64,000 bases of DNA from Carcharhinus longimanus (Eukaryota), in assembly GCA_030264375.1 (NCBI GenBank), contig JASCQW010000119.1, forward strand, positions 24,027,606-24,091,605, given 5' to 3'. Below the pieces are notes generated by a model, which was not told where the DNA came from, made no database searches, and saw nothing but the letters and a program-made list of their open reading frames with translations. Made by a program: the position numbers and the translations under genes. How positions within the stretch are numbered: the first letter of the stretch is position 1; each line of letters opens with the position of its first letter. Below are positions 24,960 through 38,269 of this stretch, one piece after another.

Positions 24960-25339
24960 CCAGGTAAAGGAATGGGAAATCTGTTGTTGAAGAGCAAGAG
25001 GGGCAGTTAATAGGGTTGAGAAGAGTTGCAGTGAGCCACAGGAGAAACCAGGCGCATTGAGAAATCAGGACAATGAAGGATTAAAGATGGACAAGAAACA
25101 CACCAGTGTTATTTGCAATTTGGGGTACTGTTCAGCAAATTCACTATTGACATTCACAAAATGCCATGATAATCAAATTTTATCAATAAAAATGTTATTC
25201 TATAAGTAGTTACCATATACCATGAATTTATGACTTTACGTATGCTGTTTATTTTTAAGTGACAAATAGGTTGGAAGTGATGGATCTGAATGGGGATTAA
25301 ACTAAATTGCTCAAGGGAGCTTCCTAGCAAGTCAATAAC

Positions 25340-27480
25340 ACAGGAACTAGCTGCAGGAGATGGCCATTCAGCCCCTTGAGTCTGCTCTATCATTTAATAT
25401 GATCATGGCAGATGCTCTATCTTAATGCCATATTCCTGCTCTCTTACCACACTCCGTGACTCCCTTATCTATTCACAGTATTTCCTTTTTAAATATATGC
25501 AATGGATTGGCCTCTGTGGTGGAGAATTCCATAGGTTCATCACCCTCTGAGCGAAGAAATTTCTCCTCATCTCAGTCCTGAGTCATCTTTCCCATATTCT
25601 GAGGCTGTGACCACCCCCACCCGGCCTTGTTTTAGATCCCCACCCAGGGGAAACATCATCCCTGCATTTAGCCTGTCAGAATTTTAATGAGATTTTAATG
25701 CACATTTTCAGATTAGCCTCCTGAATCATTTTTACAGCCTGTAATAGGTCCTAACATTTGAGACGACCAACTGTCCTACTTTANNNNNNNNNNNNNNNNN
25801 NNNNNNNNNNNNNNNNNNNNNNNNNNNNNNNNNNNNNNNNNNNNNNNNNNNNNNNNNNNNNNNNNNNNNNNNNNNNNNNNNNNCGACCAACTGTCCTACT
25901 TTAGAATGCTCTTAAAATTAAAATTAATTTACGTTTCAATGAGATCCCCTCTCAATCTTCTAGATTCTAATGAATACAGGCCCAGTTGGAGGTGGCACGA
26001 TGGCACAGTAGTTAGCACTGCTGCCTCACACCATCAGGGACCCAGGTTCAACTCTGACTTTGGGTGACTGTCTATGTGGAATTTGCACATTTTCCCCATT
26101 TCTGTGTATGTTTCTTCCAGGAGGTCCAGTTTCCTCCCATGGGTTAGGTGGATTGCCTATGGTAAACACACAAGAAAGGATAGAGAGGAGAACCTGGGTG
26201 GGATGCTCTTTGGGACAGTCAGTGTGAACTTGATGGGCTGAATGGCTTCTTATGACCTGTAGGAATTTTATGGTTTAGTCAACCCAATTTCTCCTCATCT
26301 GACAATCCTGCCTCCCAGCAATCAGTCTGATGAACCTTTGCTACACTTCCTCTGTGGTAAGTATATCATTTCTTAGGTAAGGAGACCAAAATAGCACACA
26401 ATATTCCAGGCGTGGTCTCACCAAAACCCTGTACAGCAGTGGTAAGACTTTCTTGCTCATGTACTTGTCTTCTTGCAAAGAAGGTCAACATTATATTTGC
26501 CTTAATTGCTTGCTGCACCTGCATGCTCAATTTCAATAACTTGTGTACAAGGACATCCAGATCCTTTTGTACGTCAAAGTTTCCAATCTATCACCATTAT
26601 ACAATATTCTACCCTTCTGTTTTTCTGCCCAAAGTGGATTGACATCACACTTATCCACATTATATTGCATCTGCCATGTATTTACCCATTCATGCAACTT
26701 GTCTAAATTGCCTTGAATCCTCTTTACATCCTCCTCACCACTCTCACATTTACATCTAGTTTTGTGTCATCAGCAAATTTGGAAATATTACATTTTGTTC
26801 CTTCATCTAAATCACTGATTTACAATGTGAATAGCTGGGTTCCAAGCACTGATCCATGTTGTATCCCACTAGTCATTGTGGCATGCAAAAAGCTACCTCA
26901 CTAGTCATTGTCCGCCATTGCAGAAAGACCCATTTATTCCTATTCTCTGTTTTCCTGTCTGTTAACGAATTCTCACTCCATGCCAATGTGTTACCTCCTA
27001 ATTTCATGTGCCTCAATTTTATACATTATCCTCTTACCTGGGAATTCATCGAAAGTTTTCGGAAAATTCAAATACACCACATCCACTGGTTTGCCCTTAT
27101 CTACTAGTTGTGTCTTCAGAAAACCCCAATATGTTTGTCAAACATGATTTTCTTGTTATAATCTATACTGCTTTGTCTAATTCCATTAATATTTTCTAAG
27201 TGTACTTCCTTTATAATAGATCTAGAATTTTACTGATTAGACAGTTAGACCTGTTGCTGATGTTAGGCTAACAATTCTGATTTCCCCTTCCCTCCTTTTT
27301 TAAATACTGGGGTCATATTTGTCATCTTCCAATTGGCCAGGATTTTGGAAGATGCCAACCAACAAGATCCACTATTTCCATAGCCACCTCTTTTCCTATC
27401 CTGGGATGTAGAAGAGCAAGCCCTGGGGATTTATTGACTTTCAAACCCATTAATTTCTGCAGCACAATTTCTTTTACTCC
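25340..27480 (-). mobile_element. Old CR1-type LINE, ~2 kb, with a nested HE1 SINE (25990-26273, plus strand)
   Basis: Tail GGAGATGGCCATTCAGCCC. RT motifs on the minus strand include the reverse complement of GTGTCATCAGCAAATTTGGA (SKFADDT) and PVDVVYLNF. Confidence 0.9.
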
Positions 27481-28249
27481 AGTACTGTGACATTCGATCA
27501 CTGGTCTCTCCTCAGTTATCTTATTTCAGTTATGGTGATGAGGGCACCTTATGATTTATGGCGAAACATGTCTGCTCTTAACCTCAATCCTGTCAAAACC
27601 ACAACACACAAATTCATTGTTCAATTATATAACTGTGGAAATTGGGCATACAATTGGACATCACTGTAGTCTTCATGGGGACCTCAATCTAATGACTAAA
27701 AGGTTGGCATGTAGCTCACAACTAGGGCCCCATGTTATCAAGCTTCCTCTGTTAGACTATTAGTTAATGGAAGCACTGACCTTTAATGTAAAAAAGGCCT
27801 ACATTTATAGACAGAAAGTTTCTTCTTTTATGTGAATTTGCTGGCAAAGGCCTGAGTCCAGTAATCACACAGTCACACCCCTGAACCGGACCTCAGCCAT
27901 TTTCATGCTGAGGTTGGGGGAAGCAGGTGGGATGGGGTGGGAGATTTAAGGACCACATTCATGGTTCATGGAGGCAGCTGCCCTTATAAGTCAACAGCTG
28001 CCTCCTCTCAGGTGATTTGAGTCAGGTAGGTGTCTGAAACCCAAAGTGTGCAGATCAGACCTGATAGGGGCAGGACTAGACCTTGTGAATTTGTTCGGAA
28101 AGGCAGGATATTCTTTTGGTGAGGCAAAGTACCTCTTCAGATATGATCCTGGGATCTTCTAGAGAGGTAAAGCACTGTTTGTGATAGGTCAGTTGCTCTT
28201 TGGGATTGTTAAAATAGATGTGATTGTGCAATAAAAGCGGGTAAATGTA

Positions 28250-28352
28250 TTGGAACTGTCCAAACAGCCAAAGAACTGTCCAAGCTGTTAAAGAACTGTC
28301 AAAACTCAATGGAATTGTCAAAGCTCATTAGGACTGTCAAAACTGTCAATTG
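28250..28352. repeat. Degenerate tandem array of the ~9-11 bp motif (A)ACTGTCAAA
   Basis: GAACTGTCCAAA, GAACTGTCCAAG, GAACTGTCAAAA, GAATTGTCAAAG, GACTGTCAAAACTGTCAA. Confidence 0.7.
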
Positions 28353-29439
28353 ATTTAACACTGCTGGTCTTTAAATTTTGAGAACATCAGGGAAAACAGT
28401 GTTTGATACTTTATTCAATCTGTTTCTATCGTCTTGGGAGTTGTTACTGTAGAATTTCTGTTACATTACTGATTTTACAACCATACATTATCAAAAAGGG
28501 ATAACTGTTAAATGAATAGGTTCAGTGAAATATGCAAATGGTAATAGAAAGGAAACCTGTATTTTCATAAGAGGTTATTTAAAAGAATTTCAATGTATTG
28601 AATGTATTTTTTTATCAATGAGAGCTTTTTTTAAATTAGTGACATCATTAACAGACATATAATTTTACTTTATGTTACCATGGCTCCTGAGGTTTGCCCA
28701 TTATTGGGTACTAGGTGATTTGGCATGGGTGGAGTAAAGGCAAAAGGAGGTGGGTGATACCTGGGTTGGCATGGAAGATTTCAGGGACCATGGGAAAAAT
28801 TCCCTAGTCAGCACAGTCTGCCACCAGTTCAGATATACTTGGGGAGAATTTAGCATGGTCAATCCACCTTACCAGATCATCCATCAGACCATGGGAGCGA
28901 ACTGGAGCACCCAGAGAAAATACACTCAGCCACAGGGAGAACGTGCAGATTTTGCACAGACAGTGACCCTAGCCAGGNNNNNNNNNNCATTGAGGGTTGT
29001 GGGCTGGAGGGCAGTTGTTTTGTTTTAATAATTTTTAAATAACATAGAAGTGCCAATGCACAGAGGTAGGCTTTCTAGCCAGTCCACCTCTAAATGCGGC
29101 TGTCTCCGTACTCATCTCAGGAACTTCTAATCCAGCCCCAACTCCCCACCCTAGAATTAAAAATCTGACTTTCCTGGGTCACGGAGTTTGCCCTCCTGAT
29201 CCAATAATGGAAATCAAGGCCTAAATATATTTTTAAAATATCTTTGGATGTATTAGCTTGCAATGTTAACATGATGGGTTGGGCTGCTTTTACATTCCAA
29301 TACATCCAAATACTAGTTTAATATAGGCAGACTAGAGTAGGGCTTTGGCTGAAAAGACTGGGAATTTTAATCTAGATGAATGCAATGTTTGTTGGTGTTC
29401 TAACTTTGAGCATTTTAGTGAATTCTTACCATGCAACCA

Positions 29440-30392
29440 AACAGAGATGAATTAGGAGCATAAGTACGCTATTAAGCCCCTCGAGCTTGGTCCACAATTC
29501 AATAAGATCATGGCTGATCTAACTGTAACTTCAATCTCACATTTTTGCCTATCCCCAATACCCTTTCACCCATTTGTTAATCAAGAATCTATCTCAAAAG
29601 GTAGTGGAAGTAGAATCATGAATATTTTTAAGGCAGAGATTTCCAGAGGCTCACAACCCCCTTAGATAAAAAAATCTCATCTCTGTCTTAAAAAAGTGAC
29701 TCCTTATTTTTAAACAGTAACCTACTTGGTCTAGATTCTCTGACAATAGAAGCATCTGCTCCACATCCACTCTGTCAATATCGCTCAGGATTTTAAATGT
29801 TTCGATCAAGTCATCTCTTTCTCTTCTAAACCCTATTGGCTACAAACCTAACATCTCCAACCTTTTCTCATTAGAGCACCCACCCACCCTGGTATTGGTC
29901 TAGTAAACCTCTTTTAAACTGCTTGCTATGCATTTACATCGCTCCTAGGATAAGGAGATCATTATCATACACAATACTCCAGATGTGGTCTCATAAATGC
30001 CCTGTACAACTGAAACCTTGCCTCTCGACTTTTGTAATCAATTCCCTTCACTATAAGCAATAACATTTGATTAACTTTCCTAATTACTTGCTGTTATGTG
30101 ATTCATGCACTATCATATCCAGATCCCTCTGCATCTCAGAGTTCTGCAATCTCTCACCATTTAGATCCTTCCTACCAAAATTTAATAGGATTGAGAGTTA
30201 CAGATAGTTCTATGGCCTGGTAGGTATGGATATGATCGGCACAACTTGTAGGCCGAAGGGCCTGTTTATGCTGTAGTGTTCTGTGTTCTATGTTCCTAAA
30301 TGGACATTTGCCCACATTATACTCTGCCAGATTTTTTTGCCCATTCACTTAATCTATCAAAGTCTTTTTGTAGCCTCCTTATGTCCTCTTCA
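29440..30392 (-). mobile_element. CR1-type LINE 3' fragment with a small inverted CR1 tail (30185-30296)
   Basis: TTCAATAAGATCATGGCTGATCT tail and ACAATACTCCAGATGTGGTCT (RPHLEYC). Confidence 0.88.
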
Positions 30393-30711
30393 ATCTATCA
30401 CTGCTTTACTTTTCCAGGTGTGACTAAACAACTCTACTTAAATTATTTGGACTTTGCCTTTTTCCTTCAGTGAAAACATTCAGATTTGTTGAATAACAAA
30501 TAAGATGTACAACACATCTCAAAGCAAATTTAACAAGTGGAAGCAAAGAAGGCAAAAGTATAACAGCATAAAAAAGTCATGTGAGGGGAAATAATATTTG
30601 TCAATATTTGTTCAGTATTGCTGACATATATTGTGAAGTACTTGTGGAAAGGATGGGTGTGATTATTTTAATTAAAATGAAGACAGTTATTCTGCAATGG
30701 TGAAAACATAA

Positions 30712-31043
30712 ATAGAATCATAGAATCCCTACAGTGCAGAAGGAGGCCATTGGACAATTGAGTCTGCACCAACTTTCTGACGGAGTATCCCACTTGACCC
30801 CATCCCGTAACCCTACATATTGACCTCACTAATCTCCTAATCCACACACCTTGAGCCAATAAGGGGTAATTTGGAATGGCCAATTCACTAACATCTTTGG
30901 GCTGTGGGAAGAAACTGGAGGAAACCCATACAGACACGGGGAGACCATGCAAACTCCACACAGAGAGTCACTCAACACTGGAATTGAACCCAGGTTCCTG
31001 GTGTCATGAAGCAGCAGTGTTAGCCCTAGTGCCACCATGCCAC
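30712..31043 (-). mobile_element. HE1-type V-SINE
   Basis: Runs from the ATAGAATCATAGAATCCCTACAGTGCAG tail to the GTGCCACCATGCC head. Confidence 0.92.
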
Positions 31044-31045
31044 AA

Positions 31046-31946
31046 TGTATGTAATATGTAGATGAAGTAGAAACGTTCAGGATGTTGGGGAATTGGGGGT
31101 GGGGAGAACAGCTTCGATAGTACTTTACATTAGGCAGATAAGGAGTGTTATTTAAAGTTAACTGTTGTATTTCAAAAGAAATATATACAACTGGGAGATT
31201 GTAAATGAATGATACAAAGTAGTAAGTTTTCTTTGATAAATACAGTAGTTATAAGGTAATGTGAAAGATTGGTGAAGTCTGGGAAAGAGACTGTAGAAAC
31301 AATACTTGGTGGAAGGTCATAGTAGAAAAACATATTTAAACAGCAATCAAAGACGGTTAGAGTGTGGTTATGAGATCTTGACAAAGACAATGTGAGNNNN
31401 NNNNNNNNNNNNNNNNNNNNNNNNNNNNNNNNNNNNNNNNNNNNNNNNNNNNNNNNNNNNNNNNNNNNNNNNNNNNNNNNNNNNNNNNNNNNNNNNAATG
31501 TGAGCTGCAACCAAACCTGGGAACATTAGCTGACACTACCTATAGAGAGGAGAAACCAGAGTAATATTTCCTATTGAGCAACAGGATATTGTGTCGTAAT
31601 ATTACTGGAGGTTATAATGAAGTAAAATCCTACGAGGACTGCTGCTATCAACAGAAGCTTAAACTCTAAGTTTACTTAAACCAAAATCATTGAGGAAATG
31701 CTTTTAGAATTACTGTTAGCAGTGTAAAGGTGTTTTTGATTCTTCACGTGTCATTTTCTTTTTTATCTTTATTTCAATAAATATCTAAATTTAGTATTTA
31801 GAATGTTTGCATGTGGTCTGAAATTTACTTATCTTGACTTTAGATACTTCCAACTTAATGTACAAAATGCAAACTGTTGTGGCAGACTGTTTCAAGTTTC
31901 CTTTTGGGGCTTGGCAGCTTGACACATCATCTGCTATGCCATAACA
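31046..31946 (+). mobile_element. Probable LTR remnant (contains a gap)
   Basis: AATAAA near 31776 followed by a U5-like end ...TGCCATAACA. The 5' end and TSD are not resolved. Confidence 0.4.
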
Positions 31947-32417
31947 GCCACCAAACCAAGAACCACATAGCTTTAAGACTTGACCCCTTTTGACTGTGCT
32001 CCTAATTATATAGCAAGGACATTGCACTAAATGTACAAACAAATAGAAAACCCCTCCTACTTGCAATGGTTTTAGTCCTTTCATGGGATGGTTGAGTGGA
32101 ATAAGCCTCTATCTCTGGCAGCACACTGAGGATGGCAAATATCATGTAGCTGCCATTGGCACAATGTGACAACAATGTGGCTTCTTCTCTCAATTTTCTA
32201 AATCAAAATACATCTCTCTGCTCCTCAATATGCTCTGTGAAATTCATAACACTTAGTAACCCAAAAAAACTTTAACTAAGTACCATTATTCAGACAAGAG
32301 CACCCTAATATAAGTCCAACCTGCACACTAATTCCCGATTACCCAATTTTGTTTCTCAAAGTGAATTCCTATTGTCAAATGCTAATGTTTTATATGTCAA
32401 AGCCAACAGAAAAATAT

Positions 32418-32643
32418 GAAACAAAAGCAAAATACTGTGGACATTAGAAATTTCAAATAAAAACAGAAACAGTCAGAACTTTTCATCAGGTCAGACAGCA
32501 CCTGTGGAGGAAAAAACAAGAGTTAATATTTCCGGTTGATGGCTTCATGTGTCCTGATGAAAAGCCATTGACTCAAAGTATTAAATCTTGCTTTCTCTTC
32601 AAAGATGCTGCCTGACCTGTTGGCAGTATTTTCTGTTTTTAAT
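32418..32643. mobile_element. Penelope-derived palindromic element
   Basis: Inverted halves AAAATACTG..AAAAACAGAAA and CAGTATTTTCTGTTTTT, with TTTCATCAGG/CCTGATGAAA at the centre. Related pieces lie at 38900-38980 and 47400-47556. Confidence 0.65.
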
Positions 32644-34271
32644 TGTAGAAAAATATGGGGCAGGTGCAATGATTGCAGTTAGGCCATTGAGGTTGGCCTA
32701 TTGGAGTATGAATTCTCTGATTAAGTATCTGCCAGTCTTTTACCAGGACCTTCACACAGTCTGGAACATGGTCACCTTGTGATGCAGCTCTCCCCCTTAA
32801 GGAGTAGTGGCTCTCGTGCAAGAGCCGCTGTTCAGGAATCTGCTCCTCCAGCCGTATAACTTCAGGTGGCTGGTGGAGAGGAGGGCCATGGATGCTGGGT
32901 GACCAGGAGGGGGGGGGAACGTGCTGGATGACAGGGGAGTAGGCTGGATGAGCCCCCACGTGCTGGCTGAGCACATGGGGGTGGCTGTTTGGCGTGCGGC
33001 CAAAGCCATCTGAGATCTTAGGATGGTTGTGCTTGGCCCTGAGTGCACAAGTGGTCTCAAGGCGGCGCAGGCACGCGGAGAAATCCCACCCGAGTATTAC
33101 GCTGCTCTGAACAAAATTTCACCTTGGCCCAAGCCTAGAACCCCCTCCCTACCTCTGGGTTCAGGTGCCCCACGCATGATCTGCCTCATGGGAATGCCTT
33201 CCGTGCCCTTTTTCACCACAAAGGCATTTCCTATATGGGCTGCAGCTGCTGCAGTCCTTCCACTTCCGCGTCCTCGCCTGTCCCCTATATACACCTTGGC
33301 AGGCCTTGTTGCTGCCAGGCGGCAGGAGTCCCCAATGAAGGTCCCACTACAGAGGGATTTTTCCCCCCGTTATCTTGGGGACCCGGGGTGGAGGGTGCTG
33401 CACGCAGCAGTCCCATGCAACCGTATGTTCTTTCGGTTCACGGGCTCCCAAACTTGCCCCTTCTGTGACCTTGTGGAGTCCATGGACCATGTATACGTTT
33501 TGTGTCTTAGGTTGCGCTCCCTTTTTGTTTACCTGAAAAACCTTTTACTGATGTTTTGTTTGCCATGCTCCTAATCTAAGGGCACCTGGTGCGGAAAGGG
33601 GCAGGTCGGGATGGTGATCTCCTTGTGAACCTGCTCCTGGGCCTGGCGAGGCGAGCCATCAACAGGTCCAGGCAGCGGGCNNNNNNNNNNNNNNNNNNNN
33701 NNNNNNNNNNNNNNNNNNNNNNNNNNNNNNNNNNNNNNNNNNNNNNNNNNNNNNNNNNNNNNNNNNNNNNNNNNNNNNNNGGGCGATCGACGGGGTCGTC
33801 CATCCTGACTGTCTGCCCCTCTACCATGGCTACATTCGCACCAGGTGTACCTGGAGAGAGAGCATGCGGTGTCCACGAATGCAGTTGACACCTTCCGTGC
33901 CCACTGGGCACTGCAGGGGTTGGGGTGTATCATAAACCCCAATAATCACATTATGATTTAATGTTTTAAGTTTCCTTTTGACTTTGTTTTTTGTTCTGGC
34001 TGTTCCCCCTCCTTTTGGGGAGCTCCCCTTTTACTTTGTCCTTGAGTTAATTTGAGTTCATTTATTTGGTTGGTATTGAAAGATATCCCTTGATTAAGGA
34101 TCCAATCAATGGGCCAATCAGGGAATGTTTGCCTTGTGATTAACTGGGAGTGTCAGTTCCTCTGATACCCCTGGACAAAGACTACTGACTGATAGCACTC
34201 TGTACTGCTGCTGGAGTTGTAAATCAAAAAGGATTTGGTGAAGGAACTTCTGCTGCTGCAGACTTATTACA
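32644..34271 (+). mobile_element. Probable short solo LTR hosting the Tx1 insertion (32644-32725 plus 34091-34271)
   Basis: TGTAG...TTACA ends, tandem CCAATCA boxes and a decayed poly(A)-signal region. No TSD was found. Confidence 0.45.
32726..34085 (+). mobile_element. 5'-truncated Tx1-clade (L1 group) non-LTR retrotransposon
   Basis: Reads YLPVFYQDLHTVWNMV and EPLFRN, then the zf-RVT-like C-terminus LGDPGWRVLHAAVPCNRMFFRFTGSQTCPFCDLVESMDHVYVLCLRL and DLLVNLLLGLARRAINRSRQR. The 3' UTR is T-rich and the TSD core is TGATTAAG (32718-32725, 34091-34098). Confidence 0.9.
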
Positions 34272-34495
34272 GCAAGATTCTCCGATCTTGTCCATTCCCA
34301 CCCTGCCACCTGTGAGAATGGATAATTTGGTGCTCAACCAAAACTTCATTCATTACAGCAGCACTGGAGAATCCCAGCTGCCAATGAGTTGGGAAGTTTT
34401 TGGAGATGAAATTTGGACACAAATCCAAACTAGACATCAACTGTTTTTTTTTTCAGATGGGTTCTTGTACCAGCCAAGAGGAGCCTGGGCTGATG

Positions 34496-35478
34496 AATTT
34501 GATTTGATTTATTATTGTCACATGTATTAACATACAGTGAAAAGTATAATTTCTCGCACGCTATACAGACAAAGCATACCATTCATAGAGAAGGAAATGA
34601 GTCAGTGCAGAAGGTATTGTTACAGTCATAGCTAGGGTGTAGAGAAAAATCAACTTAATGCTTGATTTAAGTTGAGATAAGTCTACTCAAAAGTCTGCCA
34701 GCAGCAGGGAAGACGTTATTCTTGAGTCAGTTGGTCCGTGACCCCAGATTTTTGTATTATTTTCCGGATGGAAGAAGGTGGAAGAGTGAGTTTCTGGGAT
34801 GCGTGGTGTTGTTAATTATACTGGTTGCTTTGCCAAGGCAGCAGGAAGTGTAGACAGAGTCAGTGGATGGGAGGCTGGTTTGCGTGATGGATTGGGCTAC
34901 CTTCACGATTTTTTGTAGTTTCTTGTGGTCTTGGACTGAGCAGGAGCCAGACCAAACTGTAATACAACCAGCAAGAATGCTTTCTATGGTGCATCTGTAA
35001 AAGTTGGTGAGAGTCGTAGCTAACGTGCCAAATTTCCTTAGTCTTTGGAGAAAGTAGAGGGGTTGGTGGACTTTCTTAACATAGTGTCGGCATGAGGGGA
35101 CCAGGACAGATTGTTGGTGACCTGGCCACCTAAAAACTTGAAGCTCTCGACCCTTTCTTCTTCATCCCTATTGATGTGGACAGCGGCATGTTCTCCTTTA
35201 CACTTCCTGAAGTCGATGACAATCTCTTTTGTTTGTTGACATTGAGGGAGAGATTATTGTTGCCACACCAGTTCACCAGATTCTCTATCTCATTCCTGGA
35301 CTCTCTCGTCATTGTTTGAGATCCAACCCACTGCGACGGTGTCATCAGCAAACTTGAAAGCTGAATTGGAGGGGAATTTGGCTGCACAGTCATAGGTGGA
35401 TATGGAATATGCTAGGGGGCTGCGAACACAGCCTTGTGGGGCACCATTGTTGAGGACGATTGTAGAGGAGGTGTTCAA
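34496..35478 (-). mobile_element. Rex1/Babar-type LINE 3' fragment
   Basis: GAPQGCVRSPLAYSISTYDCAAKFPSNSAFKFADDTVAVGWISNNDE and EIENLVNWCGNNNLSLNVNK; (ATTTG)n tail. A short copy of the same tail is at 15678-15810. Confidence 0.92.
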
Positions 35479-36496
35479 TAATTCAATTAATTCTCCCAAC
35501 TACTATTTCACCAGATAAATAATAAATGCACTTATTCATATTTTGACAATACTTAAAAATCCCAGTTTTGAGTTGAGTTTACTTGATTAAAGGAAGCCTC
35601 CTGAAGTATACTTAGGTTCAGCAGTTGTTTTTAAAACTGCTGAGGATCTAGAAACTGGATAATTCATGACCCCTACAGGAGCCTTTACACATTTCCTGCC
35701 AAAGTATTGTTTAATTTAGATAATGCGCTGTGTTTAATCAGTAAAAGATGACACGCTGGCAGGGATGCAAAATGAGAAGCTCCACAAGTGTGAGAACTTG
35801 AAACCTTCTCTGATTAAGACAAAGTGGAATTGTATGTTACAATTCCCATTTTTCATTAAAATGAACTGTCACGGGGAAAAAAGGTCACTATCTTTTGAAG
35901 AATGGAGTAGAATGAGTTCTGACAGTCTCAATTGTCAGATATGAAGGTTAAAAAAAACCAGAATGAAAGAATTATTTGGTTTATCAATCTTTCCTTCATT
36001 GTTCCCTTCAAGATCTCACTGACAACTGGTGAATGCTTGAGTTATCTTCCATCCTGTCTCAGTACATCCCTTCCTCTCTCTTTGTTGTTTCAATTTTCTC
36101 CTGACAAATATTTTTCTCCCCTTCTCCTCTCATGAAGATTTTGGCTCCTACTCACAGATGCCAATCAGTCAAAGCCCAACTGGTTACTTTGTTGAACTCT
36201 CACCATTACTGTTGGCTAACTACTTGACTCCATAACATCCCGATGATGTGAAACACTGATACTGCCAGCAGGGGTTAGAAACTTTGACTGATTTTATTTT
36301 CTTTAAACTCGGAGCACTGAGGCCAATTTCGGCACCTATTGAGATCAGCTGCGTATTGCAGCTGGAATTATATTCCTAGTACTGTTACTGAGGGGATGTT
36401 AAGACACATGAGGCAGATGTTGGGAATTACTATTATCAATGAACCAGATTTAAGAGAAGCGTTTAGTTGGTCCAGTCATAGCTCAAGAACTGAGTC

Positions 36497-37925
36497 ATAG
36501 AATCAAAGAGTTCAGAAGAGGTCCTTCAGCCCATCGTGTCTGCACCGACACACAAGAAACACCTGAACTTCCATCCAATTCCATCTACTAGCACTTGGCC
36601 CATAGCCTTGACTCTTATGACATGCCAAGTGCTTATCCAGGTACTTTTTAAAGGATGTGAAGCAATGTACCTTTACCACCCTCTCAGGCAGCACATTCCA
36701 CCATCACCACTCTCTGGGTAAAAATGTTTATCCTCACATCATTTCTAAACCTCCTGCCCCTCACCTTGAACCTATACCCCCTCATGACTGATCCTTCAAC
36801 TAAGGGAACAGTTTCTCCTTATTCACTCCATTCATGTCCCTCATAATCTTGTTCACCTTGATCAGGTTGCCCCCTCAGTCTTCCCTATGCCAAGGAAAAC
36901 TATCCAAGCCTATGCAACCACTCTTCATAAGTTAAATGTTCCATCCCAGGCAGCATCCTGGTAAATCTCCTCCGCATCCCCTCCAGTGCAATCACATCCT
37001 TCCTATAATGTGGCGCCTAGAACTGCATACTGTGGCCTCACCAAAGTTCTGTGCAAGTCCAACATGACTTCCCTGCTTTTATAATCTATACCTTGATTAA
37101 GATATGTGTCCCAAACGTCTTTTTCACCACTCTACTAACATGCACTTCTGCCTTCATGCAGAAAGACATGCCAAAGTCCCTTTGTTCCACAGAACTTCCT
37201 AGTGTCATTGCAATCATTGCATACTTCCTTGTCAAGTTACTCCTTCCAAATTGTGTCAGCTCACATTTTTCAGGGTTAAATGCTATTTGCCACTTTCTGC
37301 CCATTTGACAATTCCATCTATATCTTCTTGTAGCCCAAGACACTCAACCTCATTGTTAACCACCCAGTCTATCTTTATGTCATCTGCAAACTTACTTATC
37401 CTATTCCCCATAGTCATCAATATCGTTTATATAAATCATGAATAATAGGGGCCCTAACACCCTGTGGTACGCCACTGGTCACTGGCTTCCGGTCACTATA
37501 GCAGACTTCTGTGTTCACCGTTTGTCTCTTGAGATAGATGCTTTACTTCAGAATTTTCTCCAACAGTTTTCCAACCACTGATGTGAGACTTGCCGCTCTG
37601 TATCTCTACACCCCCTTCTTAAATAGTGGAACCACATTTGCTGCTCTCCAGTCATCTGGCAACTTCCCCGTGGCCAGAGTGGAATTGAAAATGTGGGTCA
37701 AAACCCCTGCAATCTCCTCCACTGCCTGCCATGGTAGCCTAGAGTACAATTCATTTAGACCTGGAGATTAATCCCCTTTTAAGGCCAATAGCTCCAATGC
37801 CTTGTCCTTCCCTACGTCAGTTTGCTCAAGAACCTCACGGTCTCTCTCTCTCTCTCTCTCCCTGAATTCCATACCTTCATCCTCTTTCTCTTGAGTGAAG
37901 ATAGATGTGAAGTATTCATTCAACA
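36497..37925 (-). mobile_element. CR1/HER1-type LINE fragment with internal deletions
   Basis: KWQIAFNPEKCELTQFGRSN and LPERVVKVHCFTSFKKYLDKHL. Confidence 0.92.
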
Positions 37926-37984
37926 TATGTGAACTGGAAGAAGGATTGTTACCGAAGAGTCATTAGTTTTAGCTAATGCATATA

Positions 37985-38265
37985 AAAAGCATGTAAGAAA
38001 GCTTGCAATTATGTAGCTTTCTTATGACCTCAGAACATAGGTAGTAAGGCTCTAAACAATGAAATCCTTCTCAAGTGCAGTTAATGTGGTAGCCAACTTA
38101 CGCTCGGGAAGGGCCCACAAACAGCAATGTGATAAATGCTCAGATAATCTGTGTTTTTCAGTGATGTTGATTAATGGAATAATATTGCCAGCATGATAGA
38201 AAGAACTCCCTTACCCTTTTTTGGATTAAGGTCGTAGAGTTTACATTCACTAGAGTGGACAGATA
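37985..38265 (-). mobile_element. Deu-domain SINE (SacSINE1/AmnSINE1-like) remnant
   Basis: CCCACAAACAGCAATGTGATAAATGCTCAGATAATCTG..GATGTTGATT..AATATTGCCAG..AGAACTCCC. Related remnants lie at 17810-17985, 47585-47655, 48250-48385 (minus) and 49600-49745 (plus). Confidence 0.75.
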
Positions 38266-38269
38266 GGAA

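Noticed and set aside
28250-28352. CRISPR-like array (also 57741-57813)
   Set aside because: These are degenerate tandem repeats without unique spacers in vertebrate DNA, and there are no cas genes.
33023-33574. 183-aa ORF as a host gene
   Set aside because: It is a frameshifted Tx1 ORF2 C-terminus.
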